64,000 nt of DNA, from sequence record NC_047770.1; one strand, written 5' to 3'. The notes under the pieces were generated by a model. The model searched no databases. It was given only the letters and a program-made list of their open reading frames with translations, and had not been told where the DNA came from. Position 1 is the first letter of the stretch, and the number at the start of each line of letters is the position of its first letter. This document shows positions 55,764-62,995 of the stretch, in pieces. The DNA comes from Escherichia phage ESCO13. The translations under genes and the position numbers were made by a program.

Positions 55764-56129
55764 ATGGCTATTAATATCAATGTTTCCTCTTATGCTACCC
55801 TGGCTGACACGGCTAAAATTGAATTATCCAGCATTGAGGCGGTGCATATTAGCGCCCGTCGTTGGTTTCAACAGTCCTACGGTAACACATATTTTTCTTT
55901 AATGGTTGACGTTGAGATCGGCGGTAAACTGATCGAGGTGGTTAACGTTCCGTTTCAATATGGTTATGGTGATCATTTTGATACCGTCGCCCTGGAAGAA
56001 TTTAGCAAGGTTATTAATATGGAAGGTAAAGAGTTTTCACGCGGCGCGTATCTTTCCCGTTTTTGCCGTGACAATGGGATCACTGTATACAGTCATGCAA
56101 GCGATGTTAAACGTAAAAAAGATTTATAA
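55764..56129 (+). CDS. hypothetical protein
   Basis: 121 aa; RBS AGAGAG. Confidence 0.55.
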   Translation: MAININVSSYATLADTAKIELSSIEAVHISARRWFQQSYGNTYFSLMVDVEIGGKLIEVVNVPFQYGYGDHFDTVALEEFSKVINMEGKEFSRGAYLSRFCRDNGITVYSHASDVKRKKDL

Positions 56130-56135
56130 AAAGCA

Positions 56136-56194
56136 TTGACAGCACGAATAAAAAGAGTAAACTGTATTACATAGAGAGCGGGAACACTTCCCGC
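56136..56194 (+). promoter_or_regulatory. promoter-hairpin cassette 8
   Basis: TTGACA-N16-TAAACT-GTATTACA-TAGAGAGCGGGAACACTTCCCGC. Confidence 0.55.
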
Positions 56195-56218
56195 CTCACT
56201 GAAAAAGAGATTAACATC

Positions 56219-56458
56219 ATGGCTAAATCAAAAATGTTCTTAGGTCACAAAAATAAAACTCATTGGAATGTAAGCCTTTGGATTAATAACGACGAATCAT
56301 TATATCGGTTGGCGAAAGAATTTATCGCCGCTAATACTAATCGTAATGATGCTGCCCGTGATATGATGTTATTCCTGGAACAAACTGGACAAGATAAAAC
56401 TCCAGACGGTTTCAAGTATAGTAAAACTGCAATCCGTGCCGCGATGGTTGGAATGTAA
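56219..56458 (+). CDS. small hypothetical protein
   Basis: 79 aa. Confidence 0.55.
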   Translation: MAKSKMFLGHKNKTHWNVSLWINNDESLYRLAKEFIAANTNRNDAARDMMLFLEQTGQDKTPDGFKYSKTAIRAAMVGM

Positions 56459-56467
56459 TAAAAACAG

Positions 56468-56526
56468 TTGACAACGTTTAAAATTAGTGTAAGATGTATC
56501 ACATAGGGCGGGAAATGGTTTCCCGC
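56468..56526 (+). promoter_or_regulatory. promoter-hairpin cassette 9
   Basis: TTGACA-N16-TAAGAT-GTATCACA-TAGGGCGGGAAATGGTTTCCCGC. Confidence 0.6.
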
Positions 56527-56549
56527 TCACAACAGAGAGATTAAAGATT

Positions 56550-56777
56550 ATGGCTATCAATATTGTTCGCGTATCCGGCACCGTTGGCTATTCCCAGGTT
56601 GTAGCAGTTGTAACAAACAAAAAGATTAATGATGTATGTGAGATCTTGAATAAGTGGGCTATTGCTAATTTTGGAGAATATGCAAGCGTCGAGTACATCG
56701 AATCCTACCAGGTGCCGACCATCAGCCTAACCGATCTCAACGTTGATCGCCTGTTATGCCTGGATGAATTAAACTAA
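56550..56777 (+). CDS. small hypothetical protein
   Basis: 75 aa. Confidence 0.55.
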   Translation: MAINIVRVSGTVGYSQVVAVVTNKKINDVCEILNKWAIANFGEYASVEYIESYQVPTISLTDLNVDRLLCLDELN

Positions 56778-56784
56778 AATAATA

Positions 56785-56841
56785 TTGACAAGATAACTAA
56801 AATCAGTAAAATGTAATGCATAGGGCGGCAATAGTGCCGCT
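56785..56841 (+). promoter_or_regulatory. promoter-hairpin cassette 10
   Basis: TTGACA-N16-TAAAAT-GTAATGCA-TAGGGCGGCAATAGTGCCGCT. Confidence 0.6.
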
Positions 56842-56863
56842 CATAGTAAGAGGGATTATCAAA

Positions 56864-57079
56864 ATGGCTAATATCCGCACACTGTTAAAAAATGCAAGTC
56901 AAGTTTTATTTTCAGATGACGAGTATTTCAATAAAGACATTACAGGCGTGAAAAATTTAAAAGACGTTAAGGATGTAATAGGTATTCGAGGATCTTTACG
57001 TAAAGGTGACTACTACGGCAATAAAGTACAATATAAATTAAATCAGTCTTATGATTTTACTTTGACAATTATTTCATAA
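56864..57079 (+). CDS. small hypothetical protein
   Basis: 71 aa from MANIRTLLK (RBS AAGAGGGA). Confidence 0.55.
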   Translation: MANIRTLLKNASQVLFSDDEYFNKDITGVKNLKDVKDVIGIRGSLRKGDYYGNKVQYKLNQSYDFTLTIIS

Positions 57080-57085
57080 AACCGC

Positions 57086-57147
57086 TTGCAATCTTAATAA
57101 AATAAAGTAAACTGTATTACATCAAGGCGGCGGAATGGTCCACCGCC
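57086..57147 (+). promoter_or_regulatory. promoter-hairpin cassette 11
   Basis: TTGCAA-N16-TAAACT-GTATTACA-TCAAGGCGGCGGAATGGTCCACCGCC. Confidence 0.55.
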
Positions 57148-57171
57148 TAACAAAGAGAAGAGGAAAACATC

Positions 57172-57339
57172 ATGATCACTTTCGCTACCCGTGAAGCCGC
57201 TCGCAACGTTGCCCGTAAAGTTAACGCCGCCAACCTGGGCGCTACGCTTAAAGCCCCTGTAAAAGATGAATCAGGAAAATGGATCTTCCCTGGTCTGCGT
57301 CATGCTGACAAGTTAGGTACTTTAAGCCTTAAAAAATAA
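57172..57339 (+). CDS. small basic protein (55 aa)
   Basis: MITFATREAARNVARKVNAANLGATLKAPVKDESGKWIFPGLRHADKLGTLSLKK; below the track cutoff. Confidence 0.45.
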   Translation: MITFATREAARNVARKVNAANLGATLKAPVKDESGKWIFPGLRHADKLGTLSLKK

Positions 57340-57342
57340 TCG

Positions 57343-57380
57343 TTGACTTTTCGTTATAGCGCCTTATAATGGGCGCTATA
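57343..57380 (+). promoter_or_regulatory. consensus promoter TTGACT-N16-TATAAT inside a 9-bp inverted repeat
   Basis: TATAGCGCC-TTATAATG-GGCGCTATA (57355-57380) brackets the -10 hexamer; operator-like. Confidence 0.5.
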
Positions 57381-57413
57381 GAGAAGAGAAACCACTACTA
57401 ACAAGGAAACATC

Positions 57414-57635
57414 ATGATCACTTTCGCTATTGTCGCCGTTGTCGCTGGTCAGGTTTACATAAACGATACATTCACCACAGAAGACAAGGCCGCAGGAGAC
57501 ATAACCGCCGTTTACAATGAGTGCAAGGCAGTAGAAAGGATGTTAGCGCCTTGTATGCTAATGAGTGAACGCCAGGACGGGATAACAGTATTTACTAACA
57601 TTGAAACAGGGTACCAAATGGTAGTAACAAAATAA
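57414..57635 (+). CDS. small hypothetical protein
   Basis: 73 aa; shares the MITFA N-terminus with the preceding ORF. Confidence 0.55.
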   Translation: MITFAIVAVVAGQVYINDTFTTEDKAAGDITAVYNECKAVERMLAPCMLMSERQDGITVFTNIETGYQMVVTK

Positions 57636-57638
57636 AGC

Positions 57639-57695
57639 TTGACACGGATTTAATTTTTAGTAAACTGTTACACGTAGGGCGGGAATAGTTCCCGC
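57639..57695 (+). promoter_or_regulatory. promoter-hairpin cassette 13
   Basis: TTGACA-N16-TAAACT-GTTACACG-TAGGGCGGGAATAGTTCCCGC. Confidence 0.6.
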
Positions 57696-57714
57696 TCAAA
57701 AAGAGAGAAAGACC

Positions 57715-58068
57715 ATGAAAGCACAAAATGCAATTAAAGAGTACATCCTTGCCGCTATCGATTTTAATGATTACGGTATTACAACCGAAAAAGAGAAGAT
57801 CGCGGAATTGATGCGCCGTTTTAATTCCGAGTACTGGTACCCTGATAACCAATCACGTTTTAATTATAGTATTGTTAAAGCACTTGCATCATGGTTACAA
57901 GGCTTGCCATCAGATATCAATATCGCTTTCGAATATTGGGAAATTGATCGCCTGTTAACATCCTGGGGATACATTAAAGAGAATAGCAGCGATGATAAAA
58001 TCCAACGAGAAAGGGAAAATTATTGGCTTTATATTGCAGGCGTGATCCTTGCTTGCTCTTATGAATGA
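57715..58068 (+). CDS. hypothetical protein
   Basis: 117 aa. Confidence 0.55.
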   Translation: MKAQNAIKEYILAAIDFNDYGITTEKEKIAELMRRFNSEYWYPDNQSRFNYSIVKALASWLQGLPSDINIAFEYWEIDRLLTSWGYIKENSSDDKIQRERENYWLYIAGVILACSYE

Positions 58069-58074
58069 TAAACC

Positions 58075-58128
58075 TTGACAATTTTACAAAACAGTTTAAA
58101 TTAACAATATAGCGGCAATGGTGCCGCT
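58075..58128 (+). promoter_or_regulatory. promoter-hairpin cassette 14
   Basis: TTGACA-N16-TAAATT-AACAATAT-AGCGGCAATGGTGCCGCT. Confidence 0.55.
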
Positions 58129-58147
58129 CATATGAAGAGGAAACAAA

Positions 58148-58294
58148 ATGAATACATCTAATCGCGCAGAAAAAATTCAATCTTCCAAGATCCGCAAGGC
58201 CTGGAACGAGGAAGTGATCCGCAAAGGCGACAAGCGCAATAAAACAAAGCGCGGGAAGAGTGACAAATATAATTGGATGGATTTAGAGGATTAA
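58148..58294 (+). CDS. small basic protein (48 aa)
   Basis: MNTSNRAEKIQSSKIRKAWNEEVIRKGDKRNKTKRGKSDKYNWMDLED; RBS GAAGAGGAA. Confidence 0.45.
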   Translation: MNTSNRAEKIQSSKIRKAWNEEVIRKGDKRNKTKRGKSDKYNWMDLED

Positions 58295-58303
58295 CATAAC
58301 AAG

Positions 58304-58329
58304 GGGCGCACCAAGCGCCCTTTCTTTTT
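58304..58329 (+). terminator. rho-independent terminator
   Basis: GGGCGC-ACCAA-GCGCCC followed by TTTCTTTTT. Confidence 0.6.
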
Positions 58330-58350
58330 ACATGTAGAGGATAAACAAAG

Positions 58351-58536
58351 ATGACTTTAAGCGAGCTTAAAACAGCCTACAACGCAACGTTAAAAATAGC
58401 CGTGCGTTACCGTGACGAATACGGTTTTATTGCGCAGGGCGTGATCCTGGGCTTTTCTGACGATGGTTTGATCTATGTTGATGCACATCACAATAAGGTT
58501 AAACCTGAAAACGTCATTAGCATAAAATATCTTTAA
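58351..58536 (+). CDS. small hypothetical protein
   Basis: 61 aa; RBS GAGGA; no own promoter seen (read-through?). Confidence 0.5.
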   Translation: MTLSELKTAYNATLKIAVRYRDEYGFIAQGVILGFSDDGLIYVDAHHNKVKPENVISIKYL

Positions 58537-58542
58537 AAGTGG

Positions 58543-58600
58543 TTGACACCATAACCGGACCTGTTAAACTGTATTACATCAGGCGGGGAATAGTTCCCAC
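58543..58600 (+). promoter_or_regulatory. promoter-hairpin cassette 15
   Basis: TTGACA-N16-TAAACT-GTATTACA-TCAGGCGGGGAATAGTTCCCACC. Confidence 0.55.
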
Positions 58601-58620
58601 CATACAAAAAGGTAAATATT

Positions 58621-58827
58621 ATGATCACCGCAAAACAAGAAAAAATCATTATCGACGTTGCAGCCGTTGCCGCTATTGCTATTATTGGATCTTATTATGA
58701 CACCGCGCGTCCTTCCTCCTTGCATGAGGTCGCCGCCGTTGCATCAGTTGGCGTACTGTTTTACGTTGGTAAACGCTATTTATCACCAATGATTAACAAG
58801 CTGACACCGTGGAAAAATAAAGGTTGA
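58621..58827 (+). CDS. small membrane protein
   Basis: 68 aa; hydrophobic stretches IIIDVAAVAAIAIIGSYY and VAAVASVGVLFYV. Confidence 0.55.
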   Translation: MITAKQEKIIIDVAAVAAIAIIGSYYDTARPSSLHEVAAVASVGVLFYVGKRYLSPMINKLTPWKNKG

Positions 58828-58883
58828 TCCTGTTTTATATTGTGTTATAGTTATCGTGTAGGGCGGCAATGGTGCCGCGCCCT
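58824..58883 (+). promoter_or_regulatory. promoter-hairpin cassette 16
   Basis: TTGATC (overlapping the upstream stop)-N16-TATAGT-TATCGTG-TAGGGCGGCAATGGTGCCGCGCCC. Confidence 0.55.
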
Positions 58884-58898
58884 TTTGAGGATGCAATC

Positions 58899-59183
58899 AT
58901 GAGTAAAGCTAACACCGTGCTAATGTTTTCCCTGATTAATGATTCCGCTTACTTGTCCAACATGACGCAGGAGGGTAACACATTAACGGCAACATTCACC
59001 AATAAGCTTGACCGGGTGATCATCGTCTCACTGAAAACAGTTAGTAAAGGCTTTTACTCGTTAGCTTATCATTGGATCACCGATACCGATGAGACAAGCC
59101 AGGACTATAGCACCCCTTTCCCTGAATCAATGGCACGGGAGGTCATCGCCGCCGTTGTAAATGATGGTTTGTTTACTGCATAA
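58899..59183 (+). CDS. hypothetical protein
   Basis: 94 aa from MSKANTVLMFSL. Confidence 0.55.
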   Translation: MSKANTVLMFSLINDSAYLSNMTQEGNTLTATFTNKLDRVIIVSLKTVSKGFYSLAYHWITDTDETSQDYSTPFPESMAREVIAAVVNDGLFTA

Positions 59184-59201
59184 AATAATTTAGAAAAAGG
59201 C

Positions 59202-59258
59202 TTGCAATCATTTTGAGATAGTGTATATTTAATTCATAGGGCGGCGGGAATAGTTCCC
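59202..59258 (+). promoter_or_regulatory. promoter-hairpin cassette 17
   Basis: TTGCAA-N16-TATATT-TAATTCA-TAGGGCGGCGGGAATAGTTCCC. Confidence 0.55.
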
Positions 59259-59281
59259 AAAGCAAACGAGAGGATTACACG

Positions 59282-59401
59282 ATGAGCAAGTACACAGTAG
59301 AATACACGGTAGAAAATCCGGCAGTATCCGAAGGTAAAAAGATGACATTTGCCATCAGTATAATCGCTTTCGTTATCACTATCTTATCAATCATCTTATA
59401 A
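59282..59401 (+). CDS. micro-protein with C-terminal TM helix (39 aa)
   Basis: MSKYTVEYTVENPAVSEGKKMTFAISIIAFVITILSIIL; RBS GAGAGG. Confidence 0.4.
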   Translation: MSKYTVEYTVENPAVSEGKKMTFAISIIAFVITILSIIL

Positions 59402-59411
59402 GGTGCGTACT

Positions 59412-59573
59412 ATGAAAACAACAGACATTATCAAAGAGATCGCCCTTGCCGCTGACGTTGAGATCGAGGAAGTGATCGCGCTCAACCTTACAGAAAACGA
59501 TCTGCGCAACTATGAAGCGGAAAGCGTGAAAGCAAGCGGCGCGGTCCTGGCATATAATCCGGCTAACAAGTAA
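59412..59573 (+). CDS. small acidic protein (53 aa)
   Basis: MKTTDIIKEIALAADVEIEEVIALNLTENDLRNYEAESVKASGAVLAYNPANK; RBS AAGGTG. Confidence 0.4.
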   Translation: MKTTDIIKEIALAADVEIEEVIALNLTENDLRNYEAESVKASGAVLAYNPANK

Positions 59574-59582
59574 GGGGATAAC

Positions 59583-59693
59583 ATGAATCCGAAAGATATG
59601 CAAGCATGGAAAGGGTACGACGATCTAAGCGCCTTGCGCAATAAGTCAAGCCGTAACCTTAGACGGTTGGAAGCAAAGAAAAAGAAAAAATAG
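59583..59693 (+). CDS. small basic protein (36 aa)
   Basis: MNPKDMQAWKGYDDLSALRNKSSRNLRRLEAKKKKK; RBS AAGGGGA. Confidence 0.35.
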   Translation: MNPKDMQAWKGYDDLSALRNKSSRNLRRLEAKKKKK

Positions 59694-59694
59694 T

Positions 59695-59751
59695 TTGACA
59701 AGTCCGCCTAGTCTGATAATATGTATCTTGTAGGGCGGCAATGGTGCCGCT
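59695..59751 (+). promoter_or_regulatory. promoter-hairpin cassette 18
   Basis: TTGACA-N16-TAATAT-GTATCTTG-TAGGGCGGCAATGGTGCCGCT. Confidence 0.6.
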
Positions 59752-59771
59752 CACAAGAAGAGAGAAAAATC

Positions 59772-60056
59772 ATGAAAATCACAAAAAGCCTAACTAATTA
59801 TGCAGCACGTCGCGGATTATGTTTAACCGTTGAAAACTTAGGGAAAGAAGACTTTTTGTGTTTTTGGGAGCTTGAAAATGATTGCGAGTGGATGTTTTCT
59901 TATTCTATCTGCGAAGATCAAAACGGTTGTTTGTTAACCTGGCGCGGTAATATCTATTTACCGGAAGAAATTAAAGAAGAGTTACCAGGTACGATCATGA
60001 CAGAGAGACAGCTTAAGGAAGTGATCAATTTTGTAGGGCAAAACATTAAAAAATAA
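59772..60056 (+). CDS. Cys-rich hypothetical protein
   Basis: 94 aa from MKITKSLTNYAARRG; several Cys. Confidence 0.55.
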   Translation: MKITKSLTNYAARRGLCLTVENLGKEDFLCFWELENDCEWMFSYSICEDQNGCLLTWRGNIYLPEEIKEELPGTIMTERQLKEVINFVGQNIKK

Positions 60057-60057
60057 T

Positions 60058-60119
60058 TTGACAGTAGGCAAACAACGTAGTAAAGTTTATTACATAGAGC
60101 GGCGGAATGGTCCACCGCT
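60058..60119 (+). promoter_or_regulatory. promoter-hairpin cassette 19
   Basis: TTGACA-N17-TAAAGT-TTATTACA-TAGAGCGGCGGAATGGTCCACCGCT. Confidence 0.55.
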
Positions 60120-60141
60120 CACAACAGAAGAGAAACAAATC

Positions 60142-60312
60142 ATGATCCCGACTATGTTTTATGTATCGCGCAAAGGTCACAATATTTTTTGGTCTGAAGA
60201 TTTAAATGAAGCTATGACGTTTGCCCGTGATCGTGTTGCTATCGGTGGCGTTAATATCACCGTGACCGATGAAAACGGCATTGAATACTATAACGGCGAT
60301 GATGAAGAGTAA
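60142..60312 (+). CDS. small hypothetical protein (56 aa)
   Basis: MIPTMFYVSRKGHNIFWSEDLNEAMTFARDRVAIGGVNITVTDENGIEYYNGDDEE. Confidence 0.5.
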   Translation: MIPTMFYVSRKGHNIFWSEDLNEAMTFARDRVAIGGVNITVTDENGIEYYNGDDEE

Positions 60313-60318
60313 TCAACA

Positions 60319-60338
60319 AGGCGGGATTAATCCCGCCT
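60319..60338 (+). other. perfect 20-bp palindrome AGGCGGGATTAATCCCGCCT (promoter-less intercistronic hairpin)
   Basis: Preceded by TAATCAACAA; no -35/-10 pair and no U-tract. Confidence 0.5.
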
Positions 60339-60356
60339 ATATTAAAGGGTAATACA

Positions 60357-60494
60357 ATGAAAACTTTCAACGCAACAGCCTCGACAATTGGTTATATTAT
60401 TACAGTGCAAGCCGTGGATCTGGTAGCAGCAGCAAACAAGATTAAAAAGATGATCCCGCCAGGTAGTGAATTTTCCGTTTGGGAAGTAAAATAA
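60357..60494 (+). CDS. small hypothetical protein (45 aa)
   Basis: MKTFNATASTIGYIITVQAVDLVAAANKIKKMIPPGSEFSVWEVK; RBS AAAGGG. Confidence 0.4.
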   Translation: MKTFNATASTIGYIITVQAVDLVAAANKIKKMIPPGSEFSVWEVK

Positions 60495-60497
60495 ACC

Positions 60498-60559
60498 TTG
60501 ACAATAATTTGTTATCTGATAAAGTGTATTACGTAGGGCGGGGCAATGGTGCAACGCCC
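60498..60559 (+). promoter_or_regulatory. promoter-hairpin cassette 21
   Basis: TTGACA-N16-TAAAGT-GTATTACG-TAGGGCGGGGCAATGGTGCAACGCCC. Confidence 0.55.
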
Positions 60560-60577
60560 ATTAATGAGGGTAGAATC

Positions 60578-60682
60578 ATGTTAGAGAAAATTTTCACGGT
60601 TGTAATAGTGGGCCTGGCGTTATCGGTTGGAGTGGTTGCAACTATGGCTAACATGATCCTATCTTCCCACGGTATCGGTTAA
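60578..60682 (+). CDS. hydrophobic micro-protein (34 aa)
   Basis: MLEKIFTVVIVGLALSVGVVATMANMILSSHGIG; RBS GAGGG. Confidence 0.4.
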   Translation: MLEKIFTVVIVGLALSVGVVATMANMILSSHGIG

Positions 60683-60692
60683 GGTGAAACAA

Positions 60693-60908
60693 ATGATCAC
60701 GAACAAAACAGGCAAAACGGAATTTTTACGCGGCTTACAAGTTGGTAAGCCTGAGATCTGGCATTGCACGAAGTCCGCGCATAATGAAATGAAAGATTTC
60801 ACCGCTACTTTACAACGTGTTAAAATATCTATTACGCAGAAAAAAGCCTTATTAGTAGTAGAAAACGAGATCCCGCAAACCATTATTATTGTCGAGCGTA
60901 CAGCATGA
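60693..60908 (+). CDS. small hypothetical protein
   Basis: 71 aa from MITNKTGKTE (RBS AAGGTGA). Confidence 0.5.
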   Translation: MITNKTGKTEFLRGLQVGKPEIWHCTKSAHNEMKDFTATLQRVKISITQKKALLVVENEIPQTIIIVERTA

Positions 60909-61291
60909 AAACAGAAATCATTAACGAAATCATCAACGGCTATAAAGAAGCCTTTATTTTTGCTGAATCAGCAAGGGATCATGAAGGTAATTTTATAGAT
61001 GACATGACTGATTATGATTTTTCAGATCAAGCCCATCAACGGATCGCCCAGGATGTAACAGCCTTTATTAATGCTAATCTTGCCGCTATCTCTGAGGCAA
61101 TGAGCGACGGCGCAACAGCCAACCAGATCGGGAATGATTTACATTTTACCCGTAACGGTCACGGCGTAGGATTTTGGGATCGCCCTGAAATATACACCAC
61201 TAACACGGCGAACCGCCTAACAAATGCAGCTAAGTTTATGCCGAACGTGTCGGCTTACATTGGTGAAGATAATTTGATTTATATTGAATAA
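60905..61291 (+). CDS. hypothetical protein
   Basis: 128 aa; ATGA overlap. Confidence 0.55.
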   Translation: MKTEIINEIINGYKEAFIFAESARDHEGNFIDDMTDYDFSDQAHQRIAQDVTAFINANLAAISEAMSDGATANQIGNDLHFTRNGHGVGFWDRPEIYTTNTANRLTNAAKFMPNVSAYIGEDNLIYIE

Positions 61292-61297
61292 AAAGTA

Positions 61298-61354
61298 TTG
61301 ACACAGATCGCCAGTGTGCTAATATTTACCACGTAGGGCGGCAATGGTGCCGCC
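61298..61354 (+). promoter_or_regulatory. promoter-hairpin cassette 22
   Basis: TTGACA-N16-TAATAT-TTACCACG-TAGGGCGGCAATGGTGCCGCC. Confidence 0.6.
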
Positions 61355-61372
61355 GATAATGAGGAAAATAAA

Positions 61373-61672
61373 ATGGAAACTATCGCTATTGTTACCGTAG
61401 AAAAACTGGTTGTTGGTGATGTGTTCGCGTTAATGGTGCCTAACAGCAGCAAACTGGGCGCTTATGAAGTGATGGACCATAAAAATGAATCATTTGGCGA
61501 CGGTTGCACAATGGCGGTAAAATCCTTAAAGGATGGAATCATCCGCCAGGCTAACTGGCACAAAGGGAATCAAGTCGGTTTAATATCAGCTAATTTCTTG
61601 CCAGAAGAGCAAACGTTAGACCAACTATCAGGCGGTAAGACGTTAGCCGAACTACTGGAAACAGCGATCTAA
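61373..61672 (+). CDS. hypothetical protein
   Basis: 99 aa; RBS GAGGAAAA. Confidence 0.55.
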   Translation: METIAIVTVEKLVVGDVFALMVPNSSKLGAYEVMDHKNESFGDGCTMAVKSLKDGIIRQANWHKGNQVGLISANFLPEEQTLDQLSGGKTLAELLETAI

Positions 61673-61680
61673 TCAACAAA

Positions 61681-61696
61681 GGGGCGGCAACGCCCC
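61681..61696 (+). other. promoter-less intercistronic hairpin GGGGCG-GCAA-CGCCCC
   Basis: Preceded by TAATCAACAAA; no U-tract. Confidence 0.45.
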
Positions 61697-61716
61697 ACAT
61701 CAGAAAGGAAAAGATT

Positions 61717-61953
61717 ATGAGTATTGCAACAGTATTAAACGCCGTTAAAACCGCTGAATCATCCGGCTTGCATGTTGAGCTTATAGATCAACCAGGTGGC
61801 GATCTCCTTGTCCAGGTTTACCCGCCGAAAGTAGGGGATGATTATTATTGGGCTTATTCTGATACGTTCGAACAAGTAGACACGAAAGCGATCACGGCTT
61901 TTATTTTAAAAGCTATTGAAGAAAATAACTTTCATCATAACATCAATCAATAA
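61717..61953 (+). CDS. small hypothetical protein
   Basis: 78 aa. Confidence 0.55.
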   Translation: MSIATVLNAVKTAESSGLHVELIDQPGGDLLVQVYPPKVGDDYYWAYSDTFEQVDTKAITAFILKAIEENNFHHNINQ

Positions 61954-61962
61954 ACCATAAGC

Positions 61963-61978
61963 GGGGCGGTAACGCCCC
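61963..61978 (+). other. promoter-less intercistronic hairpin GGGGCG-GTAA-CGCCCC
   Basis: Same hairpin family as 61681-61696. Confidence 0.45.
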
Positions 61979-62007
61979 ATTAAACGCAATAGGAAGAGGA
62001 TAGACGC

Positions 62008-62292
62008 ATGAAAAACATGATCGCAGTAGTTGCCCTAGTTGTTGGTATTAACGCGCCTGTACTGGCTAATGAGTTGCCAGAATCCATCACGTTAACCGAT
62101 ATCAACGCAGTGAACCGGATCGGTGTTAATTATCGCCTATGCCTTGCCGCTAAAACTTTCCAGGATGGCACAACAGAGTACTACGGATTCGAGGGTATCC
62201 GGTGCGGTGAGCTTGCACGCGACCTTAAGGAAGATCCAGACCTTGAGGCCATACCGATGACCGTAAACGGTAAAGCTTACGTAAGCCGCTAA
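62008..62292 (+). CDS. secreted/periplasmic small protein
   Basis: 94 aa; signal peptide MKNMIAVVALVVGINAPVLA. Confidence 0.55.
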   Translation: MKNMIAVVALVVGINAPVLANELPESITLTDINAVNRIGVNYRLCLAAKTFQDGTTEYYGFEGIRCGELARDLKEDPDLEAIPMTVNGKAYVSR

Positions 62293-62294
62293 CC

Positions 62295-62429
62295 ATGAGA
62301 AAGGTAATCATCACAATGGGGATCGTAGTAGCAACGCTGGCGCTTATTCCCTTCATGGTTGAACATGTGCTGATCAATGTTGTCCTGGTAGTCAGCGACC
62401 TATTAGAAACGGTTGGCAACTGGTTTTAA
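62295..62429 (+). CDS. hydrophobic micro-protein (44 aa)
   Basis: MRKVIITMGIVVATLALIPFMVEHVLINVVLVVSDLLETVGNWF; starts 2 nt after the upstream stop. Confidence 0.4.
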   Translation: MRKVIITMGIVVATLALIPFMVEHVLINVVLVVSDLLETVGNWF

Positions 62430-62438
62430 GATAAATAA

Positions 62439-62468
62439 ACAGGGCTTGCAATAGTCCTGTTTTTTGTT
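62439..62468 (+). terminator. rho-independent terminator
   Basis: ACAGGGC-TTGCAATA-GTCCTGT followed by TTTTTTGTT. Confidence 0.55.
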
Positions 62469-62606
62469 ATACTTATTGAACGGGCGGCACCTGGGAGCAG
62501 GGGAAGATAATCACCGGAAGACCCCGCTATATATATTGATAGCTAACACCTATCAAACAACAAAACATCAAAGAGATAAACTATCAAATCTTTACAATCC
62601 CACCTA

Positions 62607-62664
62607 TTGACACCGGATCACGCTTACATTATTATTTATCACGTAGGGCGGGAATGTTTCCCAC
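62607..62664 (+). promoter_or_regulatory. promoter-hairpin cassette 24
   Basis: TTGACA-N17-TATTAT-TTATCACG-TAGGGCGGGAATGTTTCCCAC. Confidence 0.55.
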
Positions 62665-62683
62665 CTGATTTAGGAGTCATATC

Positions 62684-62917
62684 ATGATCGAACAAATTAA
62701 AAGCACTACACCAAATGTTAACGGTAATGTTTCTCACTTTATCGGGGATAATGAAAGAGGTACACCGTACGCCGCCGTAACCGTTCAACCTAACGGGGAT
62801 TATTGGTTTACCGTGTACGGATCTTACTCTTTTGGACGTTCGGCACATGATAAGATCTTGCAAGTGGTTAAGCCTACTGGGAAGAATATCACAGCAGAAA
62901 AATTTTATAAAAAATAA
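62684..62917 (+). CDS. small hypothetical protein
   Basis: 77 aa; RBS AGGAG. Confidence 0.55.
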   Translation: MIEQIKSTTPNVNGNVSHFIGDNERGTPYAAVTVQPNGDYWFTVYGSYSFGRSAHDKILQVVKPTGKNITAEKFYKK

Positions 62918-62918
62918 C

Positions 62919-62978
62919 TTGCTTTATAGCTCCTGTTAACTTATAGTTATTGCGTAGGGCGAGCAATACAGCAAGCCC
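62919..62978 (+). promoter_or_regulatory. promoter-hairpin cassette 25 (degenerate)
   Basis: TTGCTT-N17-TATAGT-TATTGCG-TAGGGCGAGCAATACAGCAAGCCC. Confidence 0.45.
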
Positions 62979-62995
62979 ACAAAGAGGAAAATAAA

